A stretch of 64,000 nucleotides of DNA from assembly GCA_938048455.1 (NCBI GenBank), contig CALIUY010000009.1, positions 582-64,581 on the forward strand, given 5' to 3'. This DNA is from an uncultured Desulfobacterales bacterium. Its GTDB lineage: Bacteria; Desulfobacterota; Desulfobacteria; Desulfobacterales; SpSt-501. This document shows, piece by piece, positions 16,637 to 27,071 of the stretch (positions are counted from its first letter, which is position 1; every line of letters begins with the position of its first letter). Under the pieces are notes generated by a model, which made no database searches, was not told where the DNA came from, and saw nothing but the letters and a program-made list of their open reading frames with translations. The position numbers were made by a program, and so were the translations under genes.

Positions 16637-17733
16637 TGGACCCGGTCGCCGGACCGGAGCCGCGGCATCCCGCGTCCGCGGAAAGGAGTGCGTTGCGCCT
16701 CGTCGCGTGGGAAACGACGCGCAACTGCAATCTGGATTGCATCCATTGTCGTGCCGCCGCCGGCCGCGGCCCCTATACCGGGGAACTCACCACCGCGGAA
16801 GGCAAGCGGCTGCTCGCGGAAATCGCCGGTGTCGCCCCGGCGATCGTCATCCTGACCGGGGGCGAGCCGCTTTTGCGGCCGGACATCTTCGAACTCGCCG
16901 AACACGGTCGGGACCTCGGCCTGCGGATGGTCATGGCGCCCAACGGGACGCTGGTGACCGAAGCGATCGCCCGGCGGATGGCGGCGGCGGGCATCCAACG
17001 CGTGAGCGTCAGTCTGGACGGGGCATCGGCCGAAACCCATGACGCCTTCCGCAAGGTCCCGGGGGCTTTCGCGGGAGCCCTGCGCGGAATCGCCCATCTG
17101 CGCGCGGCGGGGGTCCCCTTTCAGATCAACACCACGATCAGCCGCGCGAACCTCGCGGAAATCCCCGCCATCCAGGAGCTTGCCGTACGGCTCGGCGCCG
17201 TGGCGCACCACATCTTCCTTCTCGTCCCGACCGGCCGCGGCAAGTACATCGTGGATCAGGCGATCGACGCCGAAACCTATGAGCGCACCCTGAACTGGTT
17301 CTACGAGCAGCGGGGCAAGACGTCCCTCGAGCTCAAGGCGACCTGCGCCCCGCAATATTACCGCATTCTGCGGGAGCGTGCCGCCCGCGAAGGCCGGGCG
17401 GTGACCGTCCAGAGTCACGGTCTTGACGCGGTGACCCGCGGCTGCCTGGGCGGAATCGGCTTCTGTTTCGTCTCCCACGTGGGCGAGGTGCAGCCCTGCG
17501 GCTTCCTACACACCGTCTGCGGCAACGTGCGCGAGCGTTCCTTCGCCGCGATCTGGGAACAAAGCGAAACCTTCCACCGCCTGCGGGACTTCGACCGGCT
17601 GCGGGGAAAGTGCGGCGCCTGCGAATTCAAGCGCGTCTGCGGGGGCTGCCGCGCCCGGGCCTTCGAGGCGACCGGGGACTTTCTCGCCGAGGAGCCGCTC
17701 TGCAGCCACATTCCCCGCCGCGCCTGCCTTTAG
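16636..17733 (+). CDS. ahbD: Radical-SAM/SPASM enzyme of the alternative heme pathway (NirJ2/AhbD-like heme synthase)
   Basis: The ATG overlaps the hemB stop (TGATG). Motifs LRLVAWETTRNCNLDCIHC, TGGEPLL and a C-terminal CGACEFKRVCGGCRA. Confidence 0.65.
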   Translation: MDPVAGPEPRHPASAERSALRLVAWETTRNCNLDCIHCRAAAGRGPYTGELTTAEGKRLLAEIAGVAPAIVILTGGEPLLRPDIFELAEHGRDLGLRMVMAPNGTLVTEAIARRMAAAGIQRVSVSLDGASAETHDAFRKVPGAFAGALRGIAHLRAAGVPFQINTTISRANLAEIPAIQELAVRLGAVAHHIFLLVPTGRGKYIVDQAIDAETYERTLNWFYEQRGKTSLELKATCAPQYYRILRERAAREGRAVTVQSHGLDAVTRGCLGGIGFCFVSHVGEVQPCGFLHTVCGNVRERSFAAIWEQSETFHRLRDFDRLRGKCGACEFKRVCGGCRARAFEATGDFLAEEPLCSHIPRRACL

Positions 17734-17862
17734 AACGCCCCCGTTTCCCCTCTTTCCGCTTTTCTGTTGCCAGACCCACCCGCCCCGCGCTATGAACACG
17801 GCCATCCCTTCCCGATGCGGGATCCCGACGGGTGAGGAGCCGATTTTCCCGGCAGGTGAGCC

Positions 17863-18468
17863 ATGAAGATCCGCGACCTGATGATTTCCCATCCGATCTG
17901 CATCACGGCGAACGCCTCCATTCAGGAGGCGATCGAGCTGATGAAGGCCAACCGCATCCGGCACCTGCCGGTCGTCGCGAAGGGCCGCCGTCTCGAGGGG
18001 CTGGTGACGCTCGCCGACCTCAAGCAAGGGCTCATTCCCTCCATGCTGGGGGACGTCACCCTGAAGGACCTGATGATCGCCAACCCGATCACGGTGTCGC
18101 CCGAGGAGGAGATCGAGACCGCCGCCCAGCTGATTTACAAATACAGGATCGGCGGGCTGCCGGTCACCAAAAACGGGCGGCTCGTCGGGATCATCACCGA
18201 AACCGATCTCTTGCGCGCCTTCATCGAAATGCTGGGCCTGATCGCCACCTCCTCGCGGCTCGACGTGGAAGCCGGGAACAAGCCGGAATCGCTGCGCCGG
18301 ATGCTGCACATCATCGGGGAGCACGGGGGCGACGTGCTCAACGTCTTCACGACCCTCGAGAAGGCCAAACGCCGGGTCTATCACTTCCGGCTCGTCGCCT
18401 GCGACACCGCACCCATCCGCAAAGCCTTGACCGAGGCCGGCTTCCGTGTAACCGCGGCGATCGACTGA
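17863..18468 (+). CDS. CBS-pair plus ACT-like domain protein (AcuB-like)
   Basis: MKIRDLMISHPICI...IRHLPVV and a second CBS repeat DLMIANPITV...GGLPV. The C-terminal ~70 aa look ACT-like. Confidence 0.7.
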   Translation: MKIRDLMISHPICITANASIQEAIELMKANRIRHLPVVAKGRRLEGLVTLADLKQGLIPSMLGDVTLKDLMIANPITVSPEEEIETAAQLIYKYRIGGLPVTKNGRLVGIITETDLLRAFIEMLGLIATSSRLDVEAGNKPESLRRMLHIIGEHGGDVLNVFTTLEKAKRRVYHFRLVACDTAPIRKALTEAGFRVTAAID

Positions 18469-18504
18469 ACCCCGCCCCTCTTCCGTCGAGGCCCTCCGGT
18501 CGTT

Positions 18505-21063
18505 TCATTGCCGCTCCTCCTCGAGGGAGACCTCTTCCTGCGCGGCCTCCGCCCGCCGGGAGCGGATCTGCCATCCTTCGCGGCCCAGTTCCACCATGAC
18601 CGCGCCGTGGCGATCGGTGCGCCAAACCGGGATGTTCCGCGCGCGAAACCGCTCCAGCACCTCCGGGTGCGGCGATCCCCGAGCCGGGGATCCGGAACAG
18701 GAGACGATCACCGCCTCGGGCGAAACGGCGTCGAGAAACTCCTCGGAATTGGAGCCCCGGCTCCCGTGGTGGGGCGAAAGGAGGATCGTACTCTTCAGCC
18801 TCGCCCCAGCGCGGGCGACGAGCTCCCGTTCCGCCGCGCGGCGGATGTCCCCGGGGATGAGGAACGATGCCCCCCCCGCTTCCAGCCGCAGGACGAGCGA
18901 GCGGTCGTTTTCGGCGCCGCGCTGCGCCCCCGCCTTTCTTTGCGCCCCGGGTTCCGCGGGCGGGTGCAGCACTTCGAGAACGGCCCCGCCGACGCTCAGG
19001 CGACGGGGAAGCTCCGCAGGGCCGAGAAGGGGGATCCCGCGTTCCCGGGCGATTTCCTTCAAGGCCGTCCAGGCCGGAAGCGGGCTTTCCTCCCCGTTGG
19101 TCCAGAGGCTTCCCACGCGGAAATGCCGCGCGATGAACAGCAGTCCGTTCAGGTGGTCGCTGTCCGGGTGGGAAAGCACGAGATGATCCACAGTCGCGAT
19201 CTTCCGGCCCCAGAGTACCGGGGCCACGACACGGGCCCCCACGTCGAGCGTCTGCGGGCCGGAAAACCCGCCGCCGTCGATGAGCGCCGTCTCCCCGCCC
19301 GGAAACTCGACCAGCGTCGCCGCTCCCCCGCCGACGTCGAGGACCGTCACGCGGAGATCGTGGCGTCCGAAGCGCTGCCACCCCCAAAAGACGGCATCGG
19401 CGGCGAAGCCGGCGAGCGAAATCACCGCCACGAGACCCAGGCGACGCAGGCGGCGCCGTATCCGCGCCTTTTCCTCCTCGGTGCGCGCCGTGCAGCGAAA
19501 CGCGCCGGCCGCCGACACCAGCGCGGCGCTCAAGACGTAGAAGAGGATCAGCTCGATCTCCGAGGGCGTGACCGTCCGCAGCGCGGCGCAGGGCATCGCC
19601 GAAAGCCGCTCGAGAAACGAGAGGACTCCCCCAAGAAGAGCCCCGGCCGCAGCGAAGAGAAACCCCGGAAGCGGATCCCCGAACGGGCTCAACGCCGCGC
19701 CGGCAAGCCCCATGACCACCGCCCCCCAGCCGACGGCGGGCACGGCCACGGCATTGGCCGGAAGGCTCACCAGGGAGACGATGTTGAAGTGAAAGAGGAC
19801 CAGGGGCGCCGTGGCCCACGTCGCCAGAAGCGTTACCCCGAAAAAGAGCGCCACGCGGCGACGCACGCGCCCGAAGCGCCCGGAGGCGGATTCGGACCGC
19901 CCTCCGGATCCGGCCCGCCAGCTCTCCAGGCCCCAGAGGATCCCCGCCACGGCGGCGAACGACAGCTGAAACGAGATCGAAAACAGCGATGTCGGCTGAA
20001 CGGCGAGAATCGCCAGCGCCGCGGCGGCAAGCGCGTTTAAGGGTTCGGCCTCGCGCTCGGCGAGCACCGCGCCCAGAAACACGGCGACGATCAGAAACGC
20101 CCGCTGGGTGGAGGGGGAAAACCCGGCGAGCAGGGAGTAAAAAAGGACCGGAAAGAAGGCGAGCACCATGGCCCCCTTGCGGGCCCAGCCGGCATGAAGC
20201 ACGGCGGGCACGCGGCCGAGCAGGAGCCGGAAACCGGCGAAAGCGAAAGCGGCGACCAGCCCCACGTGAAGGCCCGAGATCGCCAGCAGATGGCCCGTTC
20301 CCGTGCGGGTGAAGACCTCGCGCAGTTCGGGTTCGATGCCCGAGCGGTCGCCGACGATCAGGGCCTTGAGAACGGCCGACTCGCGGGGACCGACCGCGCG
20401 CTCGATCTTCTCCGCGAGCAGGCGGCGCACGGCCTCGATCGCGGCCTGCGGCCCGCCTGCATCATCCCCGGGCCGGAGGATTTCGAGGGAGCGCGCCGGA
20501 AGGCTCACCCCCGCCCACACGCCGCGGTGGGCGAAGAAACGGGCGGCGTCGAACCCGTGCGGGTTGTCGAAGCTGCGGAGCCGGCGGATCGCACCCGTGA
20601 GCCTCACCCGGTCGCCGTGACCGACCGGAGGAACGTCCCGCCCGAAAACCGAAACCCGAAGCAACCCCCTCGCCGGCCGCTCCCCGTCCGCATCGGCCAG
20701 ACGCTCGACCCGCAGCACAAAGCGGCGGCGGTCCTCGAACTCGAGCGGCTGGCCGTCCACGATGCCCTCGATCCGCAAGGGACGGCCCCCGGCGGCGTGG
20801 AACACGTGATCTTCCGAAAAGCGCGGCTTCACCCAGGGCTGAAGCGAGAGGTAGCCCAAGGCGAGGAACAAAAGCAGGGGGGCGAAGAGAGAGGCGAGGC
20901 CGCGACGCAAGCGGTGGAGAAGAGCCGCTCCAGCGGACAGCGCGAGCGCCCCGGCCGCGGCCTCCTGGCCAGGGATGAAGTCCGCAAGGAGAATGCCCAG
21001 CATCAGGGCGACGGCGAGGGGAATGAGCGGCCGGTGAAGGAAGCGCACGTTTGCCATCGCCAC
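18505..21063 (-). CDS. comEC: ComEC/Rec2 DNA-internalisation channel with a C-terminal metallo-beta-lactamase domain
   Basis: Polytopic central domain plus VLSHPDSDHLNGL and SPHHGS motifs. The start is GTG at 21063 or ATG at 21057. Confidence 0.8.
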   Translation of the reverse strand: MAMANVRFLHRPLIPLAVALMLGILLADFIPGQEAAAGALALSAGAALLHRLRRGLASLFAPLLLFLALGYLSLQPWVKPRFSEDHVFHAAGGRPLRIEGIVDGQPLEFEDRRRFVLRVERLADADGERPARGLLRVSVFGRDVPPVGHGDRVRLTGAIRRLRSFDNPHGFDAARFFAHRGVWAGVSLPARSLEILRPGDDAGGPQAAIEAVRRLLAEKIERAVGPRESAVLKALIVGDRSGIEPELREVFTRTGTGHLLAISGLHVGLVAAFAFAGFRLLLGRVPAVLHAGWARKGAMVLAFFPVLFYSLLAGFSPSTQRAFLIVAVFLGAVLAEREAEPLNALAAAALAILAVQPTSLFSISFQLSFAAVAGILWGLESWRAGSGGRSESASGRFGRVRRRVALFFGVTLLATWATAPLVLFHFNIVSLVSLPANAVAVPAVGWGAVVMGLAGAALSPFGDPLPGFLFAAAGALLGGVLSFLERLSAMPCAALRTVTPSEIELILFYVLSAALVSAAGAFRCTARTEEEKARIRRRLRRLGLVAVISLAGFAADAVFWGWQRFGRHDLRVTVLDVGGGAATLVEFPGGETALIDGGGFSGPQTLDVGARVVAPVLWGRKIATVDHLVLSHPDSDHLNGLLFIARHFRVGSLWTNGEESPLPAWTALKEIARERGIPLLGPAELPRRLSVGGAVLEVLHPPAEPGAQRKAGAQRGAENDRSLVLRLEAGGASFLIPGDIRRAAERELVARAGARLKSTILLSPHHGSRGSNSEEFLDAVSPEAVIVSCSGSPARGSPHPEVLERFRARNIPVWRTDRHGAVMVELGREGWQIRSRRAEAAQEEVSLEEERQ

Positions 21064-21117
21064 GCCTGCCCGGACGGCCTTGCCCTCGGGGGTCGGAGTT
21101 GCGAAAAGCCTCAGACC

Positions 21118-22368
21118 TCAAGAAACGCGCCGGATCTCGGCGCCGAGGGCGGAGAATTTCTCTTCCAGCGCCTCGTAGCCGCGGTCCAGGTGGTAAACGC
21201 GGTGAATCAGGGTCGTGTTCTCGGCGACCAGCCCGGCCAGCACGAGGCAGGCGCTCGCCCGCAGGTCGCTGGCCATGACGGGAGCGCCCGAGAGGCGCCG
21301 CACGCCGCGGACGGTCGCGGTGTCGCCCGAGATCACGATGTCGGCGCCCATGCGGCTGAGCTCGCTCACGTGGATGAAGCGATTTTCGAAGATCGTCTCC
21401 GCGATGACGCTCACGCCGTCGGCGACACTCATCAATGCCATGAATTGCGCCTGCATGTCGGTCGGAAAACCCGGGTAGGGCTGGGTCTGGACGTCGACGC
21501 TTTTTAACCGCGGCGGGCCGCAAACGCTGATCGTTCGCTCGCCCACCGCGATTTCGGCCCCCGCGCGGCGCAGCTTGTCGATGACCGCACCGACGTGGCG
21601 CGGCTCGCAGTCGCGAATCTCGACCTTCCCGCCCGTCACCGCCGCCGCGGCGAGAAAGGTCCCGGTCTCGATGCGGTCGGGGATGATCTCCGCCTCCACC
21701 GGGTGAAGGCCCGCCACCCCTTCGACCACGATCTCGGCGGTTCCCGCGCCGCGGATCCGGGCGCCCATGCGGTTGAGGACCTCGGCCAGCGCCGTGACCT
21801 CGGGCTCGCGCGCCGCGTTACGGAGCACGCTGCGGCCCTCGGCCAGCACCGCGGCCATGAGCACATTTTCGGTTCCGGTGACCGTCACCCGGTCGAAGGT
21901 GAACTCGGCCCCGCGCAGCCGCCCGGCGGAGGCGGTGACATAGCCGTGGTCGAGTTTGATTTCCGCTCCCAGAGCCTCCATGCCCTTGAGGTGCAGATCG
22001 ATCGGCCGAGCCCCGATCGCGCAGCCTCCCGGCAGCGACACCCGGGCGCGTCCCAGCCGAGCCAGAAGCGGCCCGAGGACGAGGACCGACGCGCGCATCT
22101 TGCGCACGAGATCGTAAGGAGCCTCCCAGCGTTCGAGGCCGGAGGTGTCGAGGGTCACCTCAGGACCGTTGCGCGCAACGCCTACGCCCAACGTCTCGAG
22201 CAGGCCGAGGGTGCTGTCGATGTCGCGCAGGCGGGGAACGCGCCGGTAGCGGCTGGAGCCCGAGGCGAGCAGCGAGGAAAAGAGAATCGGCAGCGCGGCG
22301 TTTTTGGATCCGCTGATGCGCACGCTTCCCGTCAGAGGGTTTCCGCCGCGAATGAGGATCTTGTCCAT
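21118..22368 (-). CDS. murA: UDP-N-acetylglucosamine 1-carboxyvinyltransferase
   Basis: [27 protein letters not shown] and [15 protein letters not shown] (active-site Cys). Confidence 0.95.
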   Translation of the reverse strand: MDKILIRGGNPLTGSVRISGSKNAALPILFSSLLASGSSRYRRVPRLRDIDSTLGLLETLGVGVARNGPEVTLDTSGLERWEAPYDLVRKMRASVLVLGPLLARLGRARVSLPGGCAIGARPIDLHLKGMEALGAEIKLDHGYVTASAGRLRGAEFTFDRVTVTGTENVLMAAVLAEGRSVLRNAAREPEVTALAEVLNRMGARIRGAGTAEIVVEGVAGLHPVEAEIIPDRIETGTFLAAAAVTGGKVEIRDCEPRHVGAVIDKLRRAGAEIAVGERTISVCGPPRLKSVDVQTQPYPGFPTDMQAQFMALMSVADGVSVIAETIFENRFIHVSELSRMGADIVISGDTATVRGVRRLSGAPVMASDLRASACLVLAGLVAENTTLIHRVYHLDRGYEALEEKFSALGAEIRRVS

Positions 22369-22481
22369 GAGCCTCCGGGATCGGGGAGGTCCGCCGTTTC
22401 CGGCCTCCGGGAAAAAAACGCGCTCTTTTCCCGGCCGTCACCGGGGGAAAAGAGCGCCGCCGATCGGACCCGCCGTGCGGG

Positions 22482-22646
22482 TCAAGGGTGACCGTGCCCC
22501 TCTTCCTCGCCGCGGGCCGTCTGCCAGGCGGCTTTGAGGATGCAGTACGCCAGGCCGATCCCCAGGATGGAGAGCGCATACCAGAGGGCGCCGTGAAAGA
22601 CGAGGTGCCCTAAATCCCAAACCCATTCGAAGCTGAAGGGGAACAT
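22482..22646 (-). CDS. Small hydrophobic protein (54 aa) translationally coupled to the qrcD-like gene
   Basis: The ATG overlaps the qrcD-like stop (TGATG). MFPFSFEWVWDLGHLVFHGALWYALSILGIGLAYCILKAAW forms one or two TM segments. I recognise no family. Confidence 0.4.
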   Translation of the reverse strand: MFPFSFEWVWDLGHLVFHGALWYALSILGIGLAYCILKAAWQTARGEEEGHGHP

Positions 22647-23902
22647 CACCGGCCTCCTTCCGGGAGCGGGTTCAATTCCGGCTCCTGCGGGAAGATCGGG
22701 AGATAGCGGTAGGAGAAGGCGATCAGGATGATGCCGTAGGCGACCGGAAGGATCGTGGTGGCGATCTCCTGCCAGCTCGGCAAGTAGGTGAACCACTTTT
22801 CAAAGGGCAGCACGGGGACGGCCTGCATCTGCAGGATCATCACCCAGCGGTTGAGGCAGGCGCCGAGAACCGCGAGCAGCACGGCGAGAAAGAGCAGCCG
22901 CGGGTTTCTCCGCACCGAGGCGGAGACGAGCATGAGCGCGGGGAGCACGCCGCAGATCCCGACTTCGGCGATCAGGATCCAAAGGCCGTAGGCCGAGCCC
23001 GGGTTGTTCGTGTAGAAATCCAGGAGGGTGAATCCCATCGCGGGAGCGGTCACCGCGGCCCAGTAAACCGTATCCACGATCTTGGCCGTGATGTAGGTCA
23101 ACAGCATCCAGCCGGCGATCTTGGCCAACAGATCGATCACGTTGTCCTTGACCAGCTTCTTGCGGGTCGCCATCTCCGTGATCCGGGTCACCAGGATCGT
23201 AAAGCAGGGCCCACAGGCCGCCGCCGACCAGGTGTAGAGAAAGAAGGTCCACGGCCAGATCCCGATCCCCGAGCGGAACCCGAAGGGGCGGCCGTAGAGC
23301 ACACCGCTCACGCCGCCGAGCGAGCCCTGGTGGAAGAAGGAGAGGAAAGCGCCGGTCGCGGCGAAGACGGCCATGATGCCGTGCATGTTGTGGGCGAGGT
23401 GCCGGAAGAACGTCACCCGCTGGAGCTGGCGGTTTTCCAGCATCAGGGGCACGTACTCGATCGTGAGCACGATGAAGTAGCAGGTGAGGCAGAAGGCCAC
23501 CTCGGTGAGCATGGAGTGCACGTTCGCGTGCCAGAAGATGAACCACGCGCGCAGCGGTTGGCCGACATCGATGGCCAAGATGAGCAAGGCCGAGCTGTAG
23601 CAGACGAATCCGATCAGCACGGCGTAGTTGATGATGTTCTTGAGTTCGTCCTTGCCGATGATGTAGCGCAGAAGCCCCGTAAAGAAGGCTCCGCCGCCCA
23701 GGGCGATGACCGCGAGATCCGCCCAGATCCAAAGCGCGAAGCCGTAGGCGTTGTTCATGTTCGTCTGGTTCAGCCCTTTGATGTAGATCAGGAACATCGC
23801 CACGACGCCCCACAAGAGCACCGCGCCTACGACCGCGATGAAGACGAGGAACCGACCGAGCGGGCAACGCTCGACTCCCTTGGGTATCAGAGCGGAATCC
23901 AT
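22646..23902 (-). CDS. qrcD: NrfD/PsrC-family integral membrane quinone-interacting subunit (QrcD-like)
   Basis: About 10 TM segments with NrfD-like sequence character. It is the last large gene of a cytochrome c / molybdopterin-family / FeS / NrfD set. Confidence 0.7.
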   Translation of the reverse strand: MDSALIPKGVERCPLGRFLVFIAVVGAVLLWGVVAMFLIYIKGLNQTNMNNAYGFALWIWADLAVIALGGGAFFTGLLRYIIGKDELKNIINYAVLIGFVCYSSALLILAIDVGQPLRAWFIFWHANVHSMLTEVAFCLTCYFIVLTIEYVPLMLENRQLQRVTFFRHLAHNMHGIMAVFAATGAFLSFFHQGSLGGVSGVLYGRPFGFRSGIGIWPWTFFLYTWSAAACGPCFTILVTRITEMATRKKLVKDNVIDLLAKIAGWMLLTYITAKIVDTVYWAAVTAPAMGFTLLDFYTNNPGSAYGLWILIAEVGICGVLPALMLVSASVRRNPRLLFLAVLLAVLGACLNRWVMILQMQAVPVLPFEKWFTYLPSWQEIATTILPVAYGIILIAFSYRYLPIFPQEPELNPLPEGGR

Positions 23903-23978
23903 CTTTGTTCCACCTCGTCGCCGGTTGGGGAGGGGGAGGAACCGCGCAGGGCCTGCGCAGCTCCGCCCCTCCGATCCT

Positions 23979-24764
23979 TCAGGTCTTCTGGATCTCGTTG
24001 TCCCCCGCCCTGCGCACCCAATCCCGGCGGGTCAGGTAATAGACCTTGGGGTGGGTTCCCAGGCGTTCAAGCAGGCGGAAGACCTTCGGGTTGCGCGGCC
24101 GACCCCCATGGGCCAGGTCCGGCTTCACGATCTGGTGTACGCGGTGCGCGGGGTTGTTCAAGTCCCCGAAGACGATCGCCCCCGCCGGGCAGGCCTGGGT
24201 GCAGGCCGTCTGGTACTCCTCCTCGGAGAGCTCGCGCCGTCCTTCGAGGTAAGCCCGGTTGAGCGCCGTTTGATAGCGGCTGTAGCAGAAGCTGCATTTC
24301 TCGACGACCCCGCGCATGCGAACGGAGACGTCGGGGTTGAGCGCCCGTTCCATCCCCTCGGGCCACACCGGATCCCACCAGTTGAACTGGCGCACATGGT
24401 AAGGGCAGGCGGCCATACAGTAGCGGCAGCCGAAGCAGCGGGTGTAGATCTGGCTGACGATCCCCGTGTGCATGTCGTAGTCGGTCGCCGTGGCCGGGCA
24501 GACCGAAACGCAGGGGGAGTGGCCGTGCTCGCCCTCGCAATGCTGGCAGGGCCGGGGAAGAAAACACTCCTCGGCGTGCGGGAAGGGCTTGCCGTTGCTC
24601 AGGCGGTAGACATGCATCCAGGAAACGCTGAGCAGCTTGTCGGTGTCGTCGTCGCGGAAGGGGATGTTGTTCTCGGCCATGCAGGCCACCATGCAGGCGC
24701 CGCAGCCGGTGCACTTGTCGAGGTCGATCACCATCCCGTAACGCTTGTTCTTCGGCTGATCCAT
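23979..24764 (-). CDS. qrcC: 4x[4Fe-4S] ferredoxin-type subunit (DmsB/PsrB/HybA family, QrcC-like)
   Basis: Motifs CTGCGACMVAC, CQHC...C, CFGCRYCMAACP and CSFC...CTQACP. Confidence 0.75.
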   Translation of the reverse strand: MDQPKNKRYGMVIDLDKCTGCGACMVACMAENNIPFRDDDTDKLLSVSWMHVYRLSNGKPFPHAEECFLPRPCQHCEGEHGHSPCVSVCPATATDYDMHTGIVSQIYTRCFGCRYCMAACPYHVRQFNWWDPVWPEGMERALNPDVSVRMRGVVEKCSFCYSRYQTALNRAYLEGRRELSEEEYQTACTQACPAGAIVFGDLNNPAHRVHQIVKPDLAHGGRPRNPKVFRLLERLGTHPKVYYLTRRDWVRRAGDNEIQKT

Positions 24765-24820
24765 GCGCTAACCCCTGTCTCGCCCGAGAGTTCGGATTGA
24801 TCGCGGATCGAAACGTCTCT

Positions 24821-27028
24821 TCATGCCCTTTCCAGCCTGGCGCGGATCCCCCAGCCGGCCTCGAAACCTGAGGAGTCCTCGACGGCGGCGAGCAGCCGGT
24901 TCGCGCTGGCGCCCTTGCCGGCGAGATAGCGGTCGTGCGCCCCGCGACCGAGCCCCCGAGCCATGCCGACCAGGCCGGGGCGGATGCCCTCGGTCAGGTA
25001 GAGCTTGACCCGCGCCTCCCCCCGAGGGGTGATGAGCCGTGCGTCCGCGCCGTCGGCCAGGCCGAGATCGCGCGCCGTCTGCGGGTGAATCTCGACCCGG
25101 ATGTCGTTCTTCCAGAGGATCTCGCTTTCCAGGGCCTTGACCAGGAAGGGCGGCGTTCCCAAGGCGGCGGTAAGACGCAGGCTGTCATAGGGCACGAGCG
25201 TCAGTTTGAAAACCCCCGGGTCTCCCGGCGCCGGATGCGGGCGGAACTCGGCCAGCGGTTTCAGCTCGGCGTTGCCGAACTCGAACTTGCGGCTGGCCGT
25301 CTCGAACGGTTGCGGTCGGAAGGACTCGTCGAGCACGAAGCCGTTCTTGCGCAGCGGCTCCCAGGCCGCCGCGAGCGTCTGCCGCAGGCAAACCTCGTGG
25401 CTCTCCCACGGGAAGGCCGCGCGGAGCGTCCCTCCCAGCCTTTGCGCCAAGCGGATGACCACGTCTCCGGTCGGCATCGTCGCCAAACGGGGGGCGACCA
25501 CCGGCCGGACAAGACCGATCAGGGGCTTCGGAAAACCCGCCGCCCCCGGAACATCCTCCCAGCGCTCGAGGTAGGTGGGCGCGGGGAGAACATAGTGGGC
25601 CGCGGCCGCCGTCTCGTCGAGGAACGGCGAAAGGCTTACGAGGAGCGGAATGCGGGAAAAGGCCTTTGCCGTGCGCTCGCTGTCGGGCAGGCTGTAGAGG
25701 GGGTTTCCCCCGCTCACGAAGAGAATCCGCACCGCGGGTTTCTCCCCTTGAAGCAGCGCCTCGGGCAGCCGGTTGAGGAGATAGCGGGCGAGGGGGTAGC
25801 GTTCGGATCCGGCGCCGTCCACGCGCGGCGTCTGCATCCCCTGGGAGGCGACGGCATCCATCTCCGGCTCCGGCCAACGGATGTATTCCGGTTCGGGCAC
25901 GGCGATCACGCCCCCCTCGACGTTGACGCTGCCGACGAGCGCGTTCAGGAAATGGACGGCGAGCGTCTCCTGCAGGCCGCCGGGGACCCTTCCCGCCCCG
26001 CGGCCGCAGACGGCGAGCGGTCGTTCGGCGGCGGCGAAGGCGCGGGCGAGTTCGACGACGGTCTTCGCCTCGAGCCCCGTCGCCTGGGCCACGGCCTCGG
26101 GCGCGAAGGCCTCCCGCAGAGCGTTCCGTTTCAGATCCTCCAGCCCGGCCGTGCGCGTGGCGACGAAGGGCTTGCGCTCGAGCCCCTCCTTGAGGATCAC
26201 GTGGATCAGACCGAAGGCGAGCGTTCCCTCGGTTCCGGGCTGAAGGGGCAGCCACTGGTGCGCCTTGGCCGCGGTCTTGGAAAGCCGGGGTTCGAGCTGG
26301 ACGAAGCGTCCGTTGCGGTCCTGGAGCGCCCCGCAGGCGCGGAAGACGAACGGCGGGGCCCCCCAGCCCTCGAGCAACCCGCTGCCCAGGCTGAGCAGAA
26401 AACTCACCCGTTCGAGATCGAAGCCGGCCGTGGCGCGTTGCCCCTGCGTCAGGTAGAGCGCCGTTTCCCAGGCGTCCTGGGCGGAGGGGGTGCGGATGAA
26501 GTTCGGAGAGCCGTAGACGGTGAGAAAACGCCGGATGAGCTCGGCCGTCGTGCCGCGGTCGGTCTCCGCGATCCAGGCCACCGCCTCGGGGGCCCCGGCC
26601 TCGCGCAGCTCGCGCAGCTCACCGGCGATCTCGCCGATCGCCTGATCCCAGGAGACGGGCACGAAGCGGCCGTCGACTTTCTTGAGCGGCTGCCGCACCC
26701 GCCAGGGGCTGTACAGGAGCTGCACACCGGCCGCCCCGAGCGGGCAGATCCCGCCGCGGTTGACCGGGTGGTCTGAGCGCCCCTCGATCTTGACGACCCG
26801 GTCTTCCACGCGTCGCACCCGGATGCCGCATCCGCCCGGGCAGAGCGTGCAGGTCGAAGCGACGTAAGTCGTCTCCCCCTTGGGGGGAACGGGGGTCCAG
26901 GGCCAGTTCTGGGTCCAGATCGAAATATCGTCGGTCAGTTTCCACGGCAGCGGGGAAAGCGCCGTCCCCGCCGCACCGCCGAAAACGAATGCGAGGAAGC
27001 TTCGTCGATCGATCTTCATCCGGTCCAC
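24821..27028 (-). CDS. qrcB: Molybdopterin-oxidoreductase-family large subunit with a Tat signal (QrcB-like)
   Basis: N-terminal DRRSFLAFVFGGAAG (twin-arginine) and an N-terminal Cys motif CTLCPGGCG...GGICPLG. The 735-aa size is typical of the CISM family. Mo-cofactor occupancy cannot be judged from sequence. Confidence 0.7.
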   Translation of the reverse strand: MDRMKIDRRSFLAFVFGGAAGTALSPLPWKLTDDISIWTQNWPWTPVPPKGETTYVASTCTLCPGGCGIRVRRVEDRVVKIEGRSDHPVNRGGICPLGAAGVQLLYSPWRVRQPLKKVDGRFVPVSWDQAIGEIAGELRELREAGAPEAVAWIAETDRGTTAELIRRFLTVYGSPNFIRTPSAQDAWETALYLTQGQRATAGFDLERVSFLLSLGSGLLEGWGAPPFVFRACGALQDRNGRFVQLEPRLSKTAAKAHQWLPLQPGTEGTLAFGLIHVILKEGLERKPFVATRTAGLEDLKRNALREAFAPEAVAQATGLEAKTVVELARAFAAAERPLAVCGRGAGRVPGGLQETLAVHFLNALVGSVNVEGGVIAVPEPEYIRWPEPEMDAVASQGMQTPRVDGAGSERYPLARYLLNRLPEALLQGEKPAVRILFVSGGNPLYSLPDSERTAKAFSRIPLLVSLSPFLDETAAAAHYVLPAPTYLERWEDVPGAAGFPKPLIGLVRPVVAPRLATMPTGDVVIRLAQRLGGTLRAAFPWESHEVCLRQTLAAAWEPLRKNGFVLDESFRPQPFETASRKFEFGNAELKPLAEFRPHPAPGDPGVFKLTLVPYDSLRLTAALGTPPFLVKALESEILWKNDIRVEIHPQTARDLGLADGADARLITPRGEARVKLYLTEGIRPGLVGMARGLGRGAHDRYLAGKGASANRLLAAVEDSSGFEAGWGIRARLERA

Positions 27029-27071
27029 CCCTTGTGCGGCGCGAAGCCGTCGATCCCGGTTGAGACGGGGT

